IMG/VR virus record: IMGVR_UViG_3300020050_012045
Span: 64,001-128,000 of that record
From: a virus
Taxonomy: Duplodnaviria > Caudoviricetes
Direction: 5' to 3' (one strand)
DNA: 64,000 nucleotides
A model generated the notes under the pieces. The model worked only from the letters and a program-made list of their open reading frames with translations. It was not told where the DNA came from and ran no database searches. The position numbers were made by a program, and so were the translations under genes. Positions 53,070 to 62,727 of the stretch are shown in pieces. Numbering within the stretch: the first letter of the stretch is position 1; each line of letters starts with the position of its first letter.

Positions 53070-53710
53070 TAGTAAGCGTCCTCTTCTCTGTGGTGGTCAA
53101 CTGGAGCAAAGACCTTGGTAGCCATGTACTCTTTCACTTCTTGGTAGGTGAATGGGCGGTAATCCTCTGGAAGGTGACCAGGAATACCACGCTTGCGCTC
53201 CTGGAGCTTGGCCATCATGTCGACACCTACGTCCAGCTGACGTAATCCAGGATTTTCCGGGTAAGAACCGTGACTGTGACCAAACAGATCCCAAGCCCCG
53301 TGATGCATACCCTCCCAAGATCCAATAGGGAAGTGGCATAAAACCAAATGCTGAACACCCTTGGTTCTAGTCGCATCAGGATCCTGAAGTCGAAGGTTGT
53401 AGATACCCTTTTCAATGTGCTCAAAATAGTCCTTGGCCCAAGTGTCACAACGCTTGCGGATTTCGTAGTCGTGATTGCCCAAGATGATGGTCTTTCGTCC
53501 ATTTAGCTTCTTCAAGATATCTTGGATCTTTGTGGCTGAGCCAAACGAGAAGTCACCAGCGATGTAGATTTGGTCATCTACCTTGACGGTTTGGTTCCAG
53601 TTGTAAATGAGAGCTTCGTTCATCTCTTCGCGGGAAGCGAATGGGCGGGAACAAAACTCTATAATTCGGGAATGCCAGAAGTGCAAATCGCTTGTAAAGT
53701 AGACAGCCAT
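53069..53710 (-). CDS. calcineurin-like metallophosphoesterase
   Basis: SDLHF.H, GDF, GNHD, HFP and GHSH. Confidence 0.92.
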   Translation of the reverse strand: MAVYFTSDLHFWHSRIIEFCSRPFASREEMNEALIYNWNQTVKVDDQIYIAGDFSFGSATKIQDILKKLNGRKTIILGNHDYEIRKRCDTWAKDYFEHIEKGIYNLRLQDPDATRTKGVQHLVLCHFPIGSWEGMHHGAWDLFGHSHGSYPENPGLRQLDVGVDMMAKLQERKRGIPGHLPEDYRPFTYQEVKEYMATKVFAPVDHHREEDAY

Positions 53711-53721
53711 GCGACACGTTA

Positions 53722-53946
53722 CTACTGATTTTTAACGCACGCAATGGCTTTTTCAGTCACGTAGCAACTAGTGTTGCGGTCACTGATTCGGTAAACAGAC
53801 AGCTCGCCACTCAGGCTCCAAGAGCGGGTGCTTGGCTCATCAGAAGTGGCTGAAGCTGAGGGCGTGAAATAGGCAAAAGCCAGCCCTGTGACCATAAACC
53901 CAAGAGCGAACCAAATCCATTCCGGAACAGCGTAGAGGTATTTCAT
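53722..53946 (-). CDS. small membrane/secreted protein
   Basis: TM helix plus CY...AIAC tail, similar to 62043..62276. Confidence 0.6.
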   Translation of the reverse strand: MKYLYAVPEWIWFALGFMVTGLAFAYFTPSASATSDEPSTRSWSLSGELSVYRISDRNTSCYVTEKAIACVKNQ

Positions 53947-54674
53947 TGGGTGATTCCCGATGCGGCGGCGATAGCCCCGATGATAACCGATTCTGGGGAA
54001 ATATATTTCGTCGAGTCGTCCTGGTTACGATACTGAGCTGTCTCTTTTGCTGCATTGAATGCTCCGGCGTCCTCGGGAGAATTCAGCATAGTATCAATAA
54101 AAAACACAAACCCAGACGAGGCATCTACCGTGGGGGTGGGCTTGGCTAACACTTTGAACCCCCTGATATCGTACTTCTGAATCAAGCTATCCAGTAATTC
54201 CGCCACTGCCTGAACCCCATGGATGTAGACCGGCGTTGGATCGGTCAGTTGCGCCGCTACGGATTCGCGCACCACAACCTTGAGCGGTTCGCCAAAAGTA
54301 TACGGCATCGCCGAGCTAGATGACACGTTGGGGAACGGAACTTTCATTGCCGCCTGGATCATTGCGGTTACGTTCACCACTTTCGGTCTATCCTTGATGT
54401 TAGACCGACGAACCTTTTCTTTTGTAATCAGCTCATTAACGAATCCATGGGGCAGTTTCAGCTCACCCCACACCCACAGGTCATCCAAAGCCTGCTCCGG
54501 TAGCTTAGCCATCAAGCGCTTGTCTAGGCCAGCAATCATTGAGGCAATGTCAGCTTTTGTGTCTGCTGCTAGAAGATGGCTGAATTCGTGATTGATCTGA
54601 TTCCTCCAATAAAATTTCTCCACCAATGTTAGCGACGTCTTCTCTGTGTCTAAGTCTTGATTTTCGTTGCTCAT
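53943..54674 (-). CDS. hypothetical protein
   Basis: 243 aa coupled ORF. Confidence 0.7.
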   Translation of the reverse strand: MSNENQDLDTEKTSLTLVEKFYWRNQINHEFSHLLAADTKADIASMIAGLDKRLMAKLPEQALDDLWVWGELKLPHGFVNELITKEKVRRSNIKDRPKVVNVTAMIQAAMKVPFPNVSSSSAMPYTFGEPLKVVVRESVAAQLTDPTPVYIHGVQAVAELLDSLIQKYDIRGFKVLAKPTPTVDASSGFVFFIDTMLNSPEDAGAFNAAKETAQYRNQDDSTKYISPESVIIGAIAAASGITQ

Positions 54675-55639
54675 TTCCCAAACCCTACCTTTCCATCGTT
54701 TTCGTAGCTAGCCGACGTTGGCGTTTTGTTCATCCCACGCAATCGAGCAATAGTAGCATCAATTGTATTACCAAGACACCAAACATTTACAATTAGTTCA
54801 CGAAGGTGAGCGATTGACAGCCCGTCAGTGTCCTTGACCAGCTTATCCAAGCTGATACCATCTTCTTTCAGGGTATTTCCAAGCTTGGTCTCTAAGTAGA
54901 TTCGCCGAGCAGCGGCAGACGGCATCCCAATCAGTTCCACCCGGTCAAAGCGAGACGGACGGTTGGTGATGCGCTTCTCTAGGTCTTCAGGGAAGTTGGT
55001 TGTCGCAATAAAGACAACGTGAGAGATTTGAGATTCACCGTCCAGGACAGATAGAACCTCTGACTCACCGTACCGCTTAATAATGGAGTCAATATCCTCC
55101 CAAATGATTACAACCGGGCGAGTCGGCTCAACTTCACGGAACCTTTTAAGGCAAGCAGACAGAATGTTGGGGTGCTCTGCCAACATCACCAATCCACCCA
55201 TAGCAATCATGCGCTTCATGATATGGGAAAGCGTTGAACTTTTGCCCGATCCGTGAGGGCCGTGCAAAAGGTAGCCGCGTTTTTGTGAGAACCCAAATTC
55301 CTTGAACTTCTCGCTTAACGTCCAGAACTTGCTGATTTCAGCAATGACTGATTCAGACACCGAGTCAGGGAATTCGATCAGCTTGTCGGTAACTACCCGG
55401 CACGGAACAAACACGGTGTGACCTTCAGGGGTTATCACTGGTCGATACACCCCGGACGGCAGTTGACTGATAGTAGAGGTGGTTGGAAGGTAACCACCAC
55501 TGAACGTGCTATACTGAACCAGCGCTGACGGAACTAACTCTTCCTCTTCGGCAGCGTTGTGACCGCCTTCAAGGGGTTGGGTTCCCTCTTTTTTCTGAGG
55601 GAAGAGTTCGTCCATGAAATCATCAAGGGTGCCACTCAT
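54671..55639 (-). CDS. AAA+ ATPase
   Basis: GPHGSGKS Walker A, IIWEDID Walker B, ATTN and RPSRFD. Confidence 0.92.
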   Translation of the reverse strand: MSGTLDDFMDELFPQKKEGTQPLEGGHNAAEEEELVPSALVQYSTFSGGYLPTTSTISQLPSGVYRPVITPEGHTVFVPCRVVTDKLIEFPDSVSESVIAEISKFWTLSEKFKEFGFSQKRGYLLHGPHGSGKSSTLSHIMKRMIAMGGLVMLAEHPNILSACLKRFREVEPTRPVVIIWEDIDSIIKRYGESEVLSVLDGESQISHVVFIATTNFPEDLEKRITNRPSRFDRVELIGMPSAAARRIYLETKLGNTLKEDGISLDKLVKDTDGLSIAHLRELIVNVWCLGNTIDATIARLRGMNKTPTSASYENDGKVGFGK

Positions 55640-56289
55640 CGCTTGCCTTTGTTTTTCTTGTTGCCGCCAAACTTAGCAACCAAGCGATCGGTGAAGGTCT
55701 CTGGTGTTTGCTCGGGCTTTGAAGGGAGCAGATCGACCTCAAAGGAGGCTAGTTCTTCTTCCTCTTCTGGGGGCGGTGGAGCTACAACAGGAGCTGCGTC
55801 TGTGACATCAAACAAAACAGGCACACTGGGCTGTTCAATGTAGCTGACTTCTTCAGGGGTCAACTCACTTTGTTCTGTTGCAGTTAAGAGCAGGTCAGAT
55901 CGTGGATCCTGTGCGTGCTCCAGAGCCAATTCGACGTTTGCTACCCAGCCCGCTTCTTCAAACTGAGCATACTCCATCAAAGAAATGGTTGTATAGTCCG
56001 CTGGGTGAGCAGCTGAGCTTTGTGGCAAGATAGGTAAAACCTGAGCAGTCAGAACTGCACGAAGCAGGGATGCATCTGCAAGCTTTGACTTTAGATATTG
56101 AACATAGGTATACAGCCGAGTCACAGCCTCTGAGCCCTTGGGTGGACCAACTGGACTGTATTTAGCGAACTCGTCACGGAAGTTAACATCCAGATTCATG
56201 GACGTTGCCAACTCTTCCTCCGTCATCCCGAGGTCTTTAACGAGTTCGGTCAGGTAATACCCAGCGGAGGCGTAGTTAAAGTCAGTCAT
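55636..56289 (-). CDS. hypothetical acidic protein
   Basis: Coupled ORF. Confidence 0.7.
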   Translation of the reverse strand: MTDFNYASAGYYLTELVKDLGMTEEELATSMNLDVNFRDEFAKYSPVGPPKGSEAVTRLYTYVQYLKSKLADASLLRAVLTAQVLPILPQSSAAHPADYTTISLMEYAQFEEAGWVANVELALEHAQDPRSDLLLTATEQSELTPEEVSYIEQPSVPVLFDVTDAAPVVAPPPPEEEEELASFEVDLLPSKPEQTPETFTDRLVAKFGGNKKNKGKR

Positions 56290-56510
56290 CAGTTCCGTTC
56301 CTTCTGTTTCTTGGTCTGCTCATCGAGCGATTTGACCAGCTTAAGCCCAAAGTTAGTTGCCCGTACTGATGTTGTAGTAGCTCTAGTGAGCCGTTCATCG
56401 AGTTCAGCCTGGAAGCGTTTAGATGCCAGATACGACTGATATGCTGAATTCAGTAACCAACCGGCAGCCATCCCCGTCGATGCAATAAAAAAGCCAAGTA
56501 ATTCCAACAT
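56289..56510 (-). CDS. small membrane protein
   Basis: N-terminal TM helix. Confidence 0.6.
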   Translation of the reverse strand: MLELLGFFIASTGMAAGWLLNSAYQSYLASKRFQAELDERLTRATTTSVRATNFGLKLVKSLDEQTKKQKERN

Positions 56511-56511
56511 G

Positions 56512-56703
56512 TTAGCTCCAACTGTCTTCTGACCCTAGGTTTTCATCCTCGATGTCCCGAATGCACTCTTCCAAACAGTTTTGGAAACGATCATTGGCGT
56601 CTTGGATTGTTTCATTCGTGGCGGCAAAAGATCCGTACATCTCCTTAACCGCAATCAAGTAATCCAGAACCTTCTCCTTGAACTCATCTTTTTTCTTGCC
56701 CAT
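56512..56703 (-). CDS. hypothetical protein
   Basis: AGGAGG RBS before MGKKKD. Confidence 0.65.
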   Translation of the reverse strand: MGKKKDEFKEKVLDYLIAVKEMYGSFAATNETIQDANDRFQNCLEECIRDIEDENLGSEDSWS

Positions 56704-56945
56704 GCTCAACCTCCTATTTGATCGTAACAAACTGAGAACAAAATGTCGAACTTATTCGTAACCCGACAATAATGTCCCTTTACACGCTTCGTAAGCTGTG
56801 ATAACGTGCCCGCTAGGAGCCAAACATGTACCGAACAAAATTTGTAGCCAGAAGACCGCGTCGTCCCATTAAAGTCAGGCTGTCTGTGCGTTTCAACCTA
56901 CTTATCCTCCTATTTTTGGGGGCTGGGATCTTGACTGTCGATCTT

Positions 56946-57581
56946 TTAAGTTAAATCGCATTCTTTTTTAAGCTGATTCACTACCCGTCTTGTCGCCTCA
57001 ACCAACTTATCGGGCGTAACCACTTCAATACCCAAATTTGCAGCTTCTTCCCAATACGGGTCATTTCGAGAATATTCCCTCTCAACTAAAATGACTTCAG
57101 AGCACGAACCGCTCTCAAAGACGTCAATCACCGTTTCCGGTTTGTCGTCTATAAGCAGGTCGAACTTCACCAAGTGTTTTTGAGCGGTGTAGACCGTGTT
57201 CCGCTTGTTGTGGCCAAAATGGTTGTCTAGCCAGGTGTCGCGCCCTGACGTCCAGTACGGTACAGACATTGGTGATGTGATGACCAGAATATGACAATCA
57301 AACAACGATTGATACAGCGGCTGAGCCCACTCATAGGGGAGAAGTGGTTGTGGTAAGGTTGGAAACCCCAAAGTGAACTGTTCGTTAGCCCACAATGCCT
57401 TGGCTATCTCTAGCTGTTTTGGGGTCATCTGCTTAACAAAGTCCCACCCTGAAGCCGTTGGAGTGCCCATCGGCTCACCATGAGCCTGAAGTTCGCGCAA
57501 TGTCTCTTCGTAAAACGGAAACAGTACGCCGTCTACGTCAAGGCCGACAATCAGCTTATCGTTTTTCATTGCACGTGCCAT
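56946..57581 (-). CDS. 5'(3')-deoxyribonucleotidase (HAD superfamily)
   Basis: GLDVDGVL, ITSP, WLDNHF, K and LLIDDKP. Confidence 0.85.
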   Translation of the reverse strand: MARAMKNDKLIVGLDVDGVLFPFYEETLRELQAHGEPMGTPTASGWDFVKQMTPKQLEIAKALWANEQFTLGFPTLPQPLLPYEWAQPLYQSLFDCHILVITSPMSVPYWTSGRDTWLDNHFGHNKRNTVYTAQKHLVKFDLLIDDKPETVIDVFESGSCSEVILVEREYSRNDPYWEEAANLGIEVVTPDKLVEATRRVVNQLKKECDLT

Positions 57582-57775
57582 TTTTGCGACAATGCCTCCA
57601 GCTCCATACGAGCGTTGGCGTCTTTCTGAAGCTGAATTAGAGCATCTGATTGAGCCAGATGGGTCTCGACCAACGCATTGACTACCCGCTCTAGCGAGGA
57701 TACTCGTTCGTTGGTTAACCGAATCATTTCCCGCAAAGCCTCAAAAATCTTCAGTTCATCTTCACTCATAGTCAC
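57566..57775 (-). CDS. small coiled-coil protein
   Basis: Coupled ORF. Confidence 0.55.
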   Translation of the reverse strand: MTMSEDELKIFEALREMIRLTNERVSSLERVVNALVETHLAQSDALIQLQKDANARMELEALSQKWHVQ

Positions 57776-57903
57776 ATTTTGCCAGCTGGCAAAACATTCG
57801 TCAAACGATTTAGAAGCTTGGATGATTCAACAAACAGATATTGAGTGTGGGTCATTTGCGCTGTATGTATGTAAATATGAAACAAGAATGTACTAAAATG
57901 AAC

Positions 57904-57932
57904 TTGACGGGTGAAGATTTTCACGGCATGCT
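57904..57932 (+). promoter_or_regulatory. sigma70-type promoter (leaderless)
   Basis: TTGACG-17-CATGCT; ATG 6 nt downstream. Confidence 0.5.
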
Positions 57933-57938
57933 GTCTAA

Positions 57939-58241
57939 ATGAAAGACGTATGGGTTGTAACAGCACTAGATTCTGAATTTCAATGGACCGTGATTGGGGT
58001 GTACGCTACCGAGGCGCTTGCTATAGAGGCGGAAGAGCTGTGTCGACGCTGCGCTGTCGCGAGCAAGTACGGAGCATTTAGTGAGGCTGAGAGAAGTAGG
58101 GTCCGAGTGGAAGAAGACACAAAAGACTTGCAGCTCATGACTCTTGAGATAGAGGAGTCAGACAATGAAGACTCAAGCGAGGTGTTCGGTCACGGACACG
58201 GTGTCGTTAGTCTTCTTCCCTCGACTGAAAAATCGAACTAA
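57939..58241 (+). CDS. hypothetical protein
   Basis: VWVV...IGVYATEALA motif typical of small phage proteins. Confidence 0.6.
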   Translation: MKDVWVVTALDSEFQWTVIGVYATEALAIEAEELCRRCAVASKYGAFSEAERSRVRVEEDTKDLQLMTLEIEESDNEDSSEVFGHGHGVVSLLPSTEKSN

Positions 58242-58300
58242 CTCCACATGTCTCTTGGTGTCATCGTTCACTTTGATGAATTGGCTTAGGCTCCGTTGTT

Positions 58301-58452
58301 AGCGCCGCAACCTGCGGCGCTCTTTAGATAACCTAATTATCGGTGTTTGCCAATGGATGTTGCGCACACATCCACTTATTTCTCAGAAAGAGAGCTAGAG
58401 CGAGGTCGCTTAGCCCCAGGTGGGGCGTTCTGTCTACATTATCGTAATGTGG
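58301..58452. repeat. array of seven short inverted repeats
   Basis: Seven adjacent hairpins in an intergenic space between convergent genes. Confidence 0.55.
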
Positions 58453-58483
58453 GGTGTTTGTGTATACAAAAAAAGACGCAGCA

Positions 58484-58798
58484 TCAAACAAAATCAGCAA
58501 GGATGCCTGGCGAGTTGTCTGGCCCCATCCCGATGAGATAGGTCTTACCTTTGAAACCTAGCTCCAGACGAACTGTTCCGTTTGGCTGCTGAACGATCTT
58601 CCAGCCGGTCTGAGAGGTGAATCCAACAATTTCAGGAGGGAACCTGTCGGCAGCGGAGTCGTGGAAGGCGTACTCTACGCTCTTTACGTTTCCGCCAGCT
58701 GAAGACGCTTGTCGATCGGTGTCGATAGATAGGTCCAGCACCAATTCAGTGCCCTCTGTTTGAAGACTCCACTTGTTACCACTTGCGATTTCGCTCAT
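58484..58798 (-). CDS. hypothetical protein
   Basis: Coupled ORF. Confidence 0.6.
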   Translation of the reverse strand: MSEIASGNKWSLQTEGTELVLDLSIDTDRQASSAGGNVKSVEYAFHDSAADRFPPEIVGFTSQTGWKIVQQPNGTVRLELGFKGKTYLIGMGPDNSPGILADFV

Positions 58799-59013
58799 TT
58801 CTTAATCCTTTCCTTCAGCCATGAGATGGAAGCCTCGAACTCTTTGTCAGTCATATCGGACATATCGGACATTTCCTTACCCCAGGAGTCGTCAAAGTTA
58901 CCCCGCTCAAAGGCATCCCTTGCGACCTCCATCAAAGCAGCCAGCTCCAGATCGGTTAGCTGTTCGCCGTCTTCATACTTTTCATTGATGATTTTGAACT
59001 GTTCTTTGGTCAT
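58795..59013 (-). CDS. hypothetical acidic protein
   Basis: Coupled ORF. Confidence 0.6.
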   Translation of the reverse strand: MTKEQFKIINEKYEDGEQLTDLELAALMEVARDAFERGNFDDSWGKEMSDMSDMTDKEFEASISWLKERIKK

Positions 59014-59720
59014 TCATTTTCCAGTTTTGTGCTCATCCCAGCAACAATCGTAATTCGTGGGTCTCCAATGTGGGTGGCCAAACGGTGCTCCAGACATTGA
59101 GCGGCGGTCAGGTACAAGTCAGAGTGCTTGTTGTCGTGAAGCCGGTCTGCCCAATACCCAGTTGGCTGACCACACGCTGTATCAAGAACTTCAAGCATTC
59201 TTGAGTCAAGATATTTGATATGGGCAGCATCGTTGACTAGATCGGGCATTTTCCCCCACCCTCCAGAGCTGACATGGTGAATCATAATCTGAGCGTCACG
59301 GTTAGCGAATCTAATGTGACCAGCTGCAAACAATAGGGCACCGGCTGACATCGCCTTGGACCGGGCGACAGTGATAACTTCAAGTCCGCATTCCGCTGCA
59401 TGACGGATGGCGTCTACCATACGAAAGCAGGCGTAGACGTCGCCTCCAAAACTATCGACGGTTACAACCAGGAACTGTTGCTTGGCTCGAATCGCCTGCC
59501 CAACCCCAAGTTCAAAATCCCGAGCTGATTGCTGGTCAAACTCATTGACTTCTATGGTAACTGGTTCATAGATCAGAAGGTCTTTCAAACAGAGTGGTTT
59601 GAAATCTGGTGAGGTTAGGATTTTGTAGGAGAGCGAATCCGACACGTGAGTTGTTACACTCCCTTGCTTCGGAGGCTCTGGCGGATGATTTGATTGAGGG
59701 GGTTGAACTGGTGTACTCAT
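59010..59720 (-). CDS. ClpP-like serine protease
   Basis: DSFGGDV, AMSAGA (Ser), IMIHH (His) and DLYLTA; start re-called to MSTPV with GGAG RBS. Confidence 0.85.
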   Translation of the reverse strand: MSTPVQPPQSNHPPEPPKQGSVTTHVSDSLSYKILTSPDFKPLCLKDLLIYEPVTIEVNEFDQQSARDFELGVGQAIRAKQQFLVVTVDSFGGDVYACFRMVDAIRHAAECGLEVITVARSKAMSAGALLFAAGHIRFANRDAQIMIHHVSSGGWGKMPDLVNDAAHIKYLDSRMLEVLDTACGQPTGYWADRLHDNKHSDLYLTAAQCLEHRLATHIGDPRITIVAGMSTKLENE

Positions 59721-60138
59721 GTATATCTCCAGCTTAAATCCTAAGTGAAGAAAATGACTGATGCAAGCTATTTTGCGAACGGGTCGATTCCGATACCCAG
59801 CCAACCAAGAAAGAAGATTCCTGTACAGGTAAGGATGGTGATGACTACGCACTCAAAAAATGACAGTTCATGGTCGATTTTCATTTGGACCTTTCCTTCT
59901 GAAGCTGTTCTTCGTAGTTGAACTTTAACCATGCACTGCAAAGTTTTCCTTCAAGGAAGGAACTGGCTCGTCTGAAATCCGGCAAATAGTGCCAAACAGT
60001 GGAACCTCCGACTAATCGCTCAGTGCGATATTCAACAGTGGAGCCGTAACCCACCACCAAGACCAATCGATGTGATGGGTCAACTTGAGTGTCATGAACA
60101 CCAGGAAAAGAAGAAACAAGCAGAACTCTGTCATTTGT

Positions 60139-60903
60139 TTACTCATAGTAGTTTTCTAAAAAATCAATAACTGAATAACCTACACGCATGCGTGTTTCAC
60201 GAAGCAGCTTGCCAATTTTCTTAAGAATTTTAGCCTTATCTCGATTTTCAACCGAAGTCAACTCAAGTTGGTTGCCTGGGTTAGGAAGGCAGTAGTCTTT
60301 GCCGTACAGAACTCCCTCTGGACCGGCTTGGTTGAGCTTTGAGTAGTTGACGGCAACCTGATTGATGTTGAAATCTGTCTGATTAAGCAGATCATCCATC
60401 GAACGAACCGCTTGGTAAAACGCTGACTTTGAAATCTCCCAAATGTCCATCGAAGGGCCGAATTCGGTGGATACTGTGACATTGTTGGGGTTCGACCGAA
60501 CAACGGGTGGAAGGAGATGTTTAAGGACGCGAACGTGGTTGACGTCCATACCTACGCCACCGAACACGCTTTTAACTAACGCCAGAGATGGCGCTAAGTT
60601 CAGGGGACGCACATAACGCATACGCTCAGCTAAAGATGTTGGAGCTTTTAGACTCTCTGTGTCGTCAATCACAATATCGAGGTCTTTAACCATACCCAAT
60701 AGAGGGTTGGGGTAATCGGAATTGCGTTTGAGCACGGTGTAGAGGGGCCAGTTACTGGCAACTCGACAGGCTCCCCCGTAAATGTACACCTTGCCTGGAA
60801 AATCCCGTTCCAGTGCGTCCAGCACTTCGGTTTGCTCTGGAAGTTCTTTCAGAAGATCTGAAAGAGTGGACTTTAGGTAGTCTGGGTTGTTGGGGTTAGT
60901 CAT
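60139..60903 (-). CDS. CCA-adding/poly(A) polymerase-like nucleotidyltransferase (head domain)
   Basis: YIYGGACR, KDLDIVI and DFNINQ motifs. Confidence 0.7.
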   Translation of the reverse strand: MTNPNNPDYLKSTLSDLLKELPEQTEVLDALERDFPGKVYIYGGACRVASNWPLYTVLKRNSDYPNPLLGMVKDLDIVIDDTESLKAPTSLAERMRYVRPLNLAPSLALVKSVFGGVGMDVNHVRVLKHLLPPVVRSNPNNVTVSTEFGPSMDIWEISKSAFYQAVRSMDDLLNQTDFNINQVAVNYSKLNQAGPEGVLYGKDYCLPNPGNQLELTSVENRDKAKILKKIGKLLRETRMRVGYSVIDFLENYYE

Positions 60904-61201
60904 CGTTGTCTATTCCGTTTAGAGTCCGGTAAGCCAGCATCTCAGCTTCCATTTCTAGCTCTCGCACTCTGGCAATCAACCTAGGGATAGCTTCGCGGGC
61001 TGCAACGATGAAATTGGCGTCGTTAGATACACGGGGTGTCACTAGCGACTCCTGCCTGGACAGAGCGAAGTTCAACTCGCCGACCCACACATTGTTTCTA
61101 CCCCAAATGCTTACCCCAGTAGATTCCCACGGCCCGGGTGTCGCCGCATTCGTGAGCGCTTCGAGTTCGTCGAGTTCGTCCTTAGTCATTACCGCACTCA
61201 T
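60896..61201 (-). CDS. Ead/Ea22-like protein
   Basis: LTNAATPGPW...DANFIVAAREAIPRLIARVRELE. Confidence 0.75.
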   Translation of the reverse strand: MSAVMTKDELDELEALTNAATPGPWESTGVSIWGRNNVWVGELNFALSRQESLVTPRVSNDANFIVAAREAIPRLIARVRELEMEAEMLAYRTLNGIDNDD

Positions 61202-61569
61202 TTTGGCACCTTCGGTGTTTCGATTCGCATCCACGCCTCGATCTGGTCAAAGCGAACGTCGTTGTTGCCAAATGATAAAGCTTTGATTCTGATGTCATCA
61301 GAGTCAAGCTGGTATATGAAGGGCTTACGATCGTACAACGGTGCCCCTTTTGCGGGGTAAACCCAGTACCAGCCGGCTTTCTTTGGCGGTATTGTTGTCC
61401 ACTGACCGCCCGGTTGTTTGTCAGGAAGGGCAGCGGTCTCCGTACACTTCTCAGCGAGAGTCAGGGCTCGGTTGGCCAGTTGTCTTTCTACGTCGTAGTG
61501 TTTCCAGTACAGCAGGTCCAGCAACGACGCAGCCTCTTGGAGCACTTCATTTTTCTCTTTGATACTCAT
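61198..61569 (-). CDS. hypothetical protein
   Basis: WTTIPPKKAGWYWV motif. Confidence 0.65.
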   Translation of the reverse strand: MSIKEKNEVLQEAASLLDLLYWKHYDVERQLANRALTLAEKCTETAALPDKQPGGQWTTIPPKKAGWYWVYPAKGAPLYDRKPFIYQLDSDDIRIKALSFGNNDVRFDQIEAWMRIETPKVPK

Positions 61570-61766
61570 TTCTCAAGTTTCCTTTTCATCCTACGAAGAA
61601 CTTTTAACGCTTTCTCTAGCTCGTCACTAAATGCGTAGTTTTCCAGATAGACATTACTTTTTCGATCGATGGCGCCACGCTGCCACGGCGGTCTTGCATC
61701 TACTTGCTTTTTAACTTCACGTATAAAGCTCCAGAACTTCTCCTGTTCTGTCATTTGTTTACTCAT
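61566..61766 (-). CDS. hypothetical protein
   Basis: Coupled ORF. Confidence 0.6.
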   Translation of the reverse strand: MSKQMTEQEKFWSFIREVKKQVDARPPWQRGAIDRKSNVYLENYAFSDELEKALKVLRRMKRKLEK

Positions 61767-62046
61767 TTTCAGATGTCATATCCCAAGAGATTTCCCAGGC
61801 TGGACCAGTGGTTCTGGTACTTGGACCGCGATCCATTTCGACCTCGTACCCTAGTCCTTTAATATGAAGAAGGACAGGGGCCGATAATCCCGACTTGGAG
61901 ATAGAGAACTTGCCGTCAGCGGCGGCTTCCTGAATCAGCATCTTGAGCAACTCAACATCCCTTTCGTCTGAGTAAGAAAGCCGTTCAGAGGCAGCTTTTG
62001 CGGTCAGGAAGGACTGGTATGCTTCATTTACTTTGAGTTCACTCAT
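61759..62046 (-). CDS. hypothetical protein
   Basis: LGYEV...WEISW motif; start at MSELK. Confidence 0.6.
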   Translation of the reverse strand: MSELKVNEAYQSFLTAKAASERLSYSDERDVELLKMLIQEAAADGKFSISKSGLSAPVLLHIKGLGYEVEMDRGPSTRTTGPAWEISWDMTSENE

Positions 62047-62276
62047 TGTTTTACCTGTAGGCAGCTGATGCCGCCACCGTACGAGTACGAGTGGTAACAA
62101 ACGACATTGCGCTCAAGGTCGTCAATGCGCTGGACATCTCTTGCGATTGTTGTTCCTGGTCTCGTGGGCTGTGCGGTTGCCTCGGATAACAAGATGACTG
62201 GACCCAGCACGGCACCAACCAACATGATACCTAGTCCGAGCCTTAGACCAATTGCCTGAAGTGTTTGTTTTGACAT
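62043..62276 (-). CDS. small membrane/secreted protein
   Basis: TM helix plus VVCY...GGISCL. Confidence 0.65.
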   Translation of the reverse strand: MSKQTLQAIGLRLGLGIMLVGAVLGPVILLSEATAQPTRPGTTIARDVQRIDDLERNVVCYHSYSYGGGISCLQVKQ

Positions 62277-62677
62277 TACCACACTACCTTTGCTTGGGGT
62301 TGGAGGATGACCTTTGTGTTCACTGTATCGGTGTAGTATTTTACTGTGCCGTCAGCTTGAAAAGCTATGTACGAATCCCCGCTGATCTTCATAAGCAAAT
62401 CCGAACCTGTTTCAGAAAACAAGAAAGTGTCTCCTGGTTCGAGACTAGAGAACATCGGCCTGTCATACCACAACAACTGTATTTGCGGCTTGGGAATGAC
62501 GAAATAGTCATGGTCATCAACCCCCTTGGTGGCACCAAAGGATGGTAGCGTTACCCACTCGGAAGGCCCCGTCTTTGCTCGCAGAGTGTCTGGAGAAATA
62601 GTGAACACGAAGGCGTCTCCAACACTAATGTCTCTGAGAAGACATGATGGGGACTGTTCAGGTCGTTTGATTTTCAT
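62276..62677 (-). CDS. tandem small beta-barrel repeat protein (paralog family)
   Basis: Two (F/L)..(L/I)..GD.F repeats; LQPQAKVVW end shared with 63514..63738. Confidence 0.7.
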   Translation of the reverse strand: MKIKRPEQSPSCLLRDISVGDAFVFTISPDTLRAKTGPSEWVTLPSFGATKGVDDHDYFVIPKPQIQLLWYDRPMFSSLEPGDTFLFSETGSDLLMKISGDSYIAFQADGTVKYYTDTVNTKVILQPQAKVVW

Positions 62678-62683
62678 GAGGGA

Positions 62684-62712
62684 GGAATATCAGAGGTAAG
62701 ATTTAATGTCAA
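62684..62712 (-). promoter_or_regulatory. sigma70-type promoter (leaderless)
   Basis: TTGACA-17-TATTCC; ATG 6 nt downstream. Confidence 0.7.
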
Positions 62713-62727
62713 GAGGACGTTTTCGTA

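Noticed and set aside
56704-56945. Intergenic stretch with an AGGAGG and short open frames
   Set aside because: No convincing start/ORF combination or stable structure found by eye
58301-58452. CRISPR array
   Set aside because: Hairpins differ in sequence; there is no repeat-spacer periodicity and no cas gene
59010-59720. ClpP-like protease as the enzyme cutting the K-motif
   Set aside because: It lies among early/metabolic genes with no late motif, and ClpP is not known for P1-Lys specificity; the prohead protease is more likely outside this window
59881-60134. Overlapping frames: a 40 aa LKLTHHIDWSWWWVTAPL membrane peptide and a 61 aa ORF, suggesting a -1 frameshift
   Set aside because: No slippery sequence and no paralog to show the halves belong together; left unannotated
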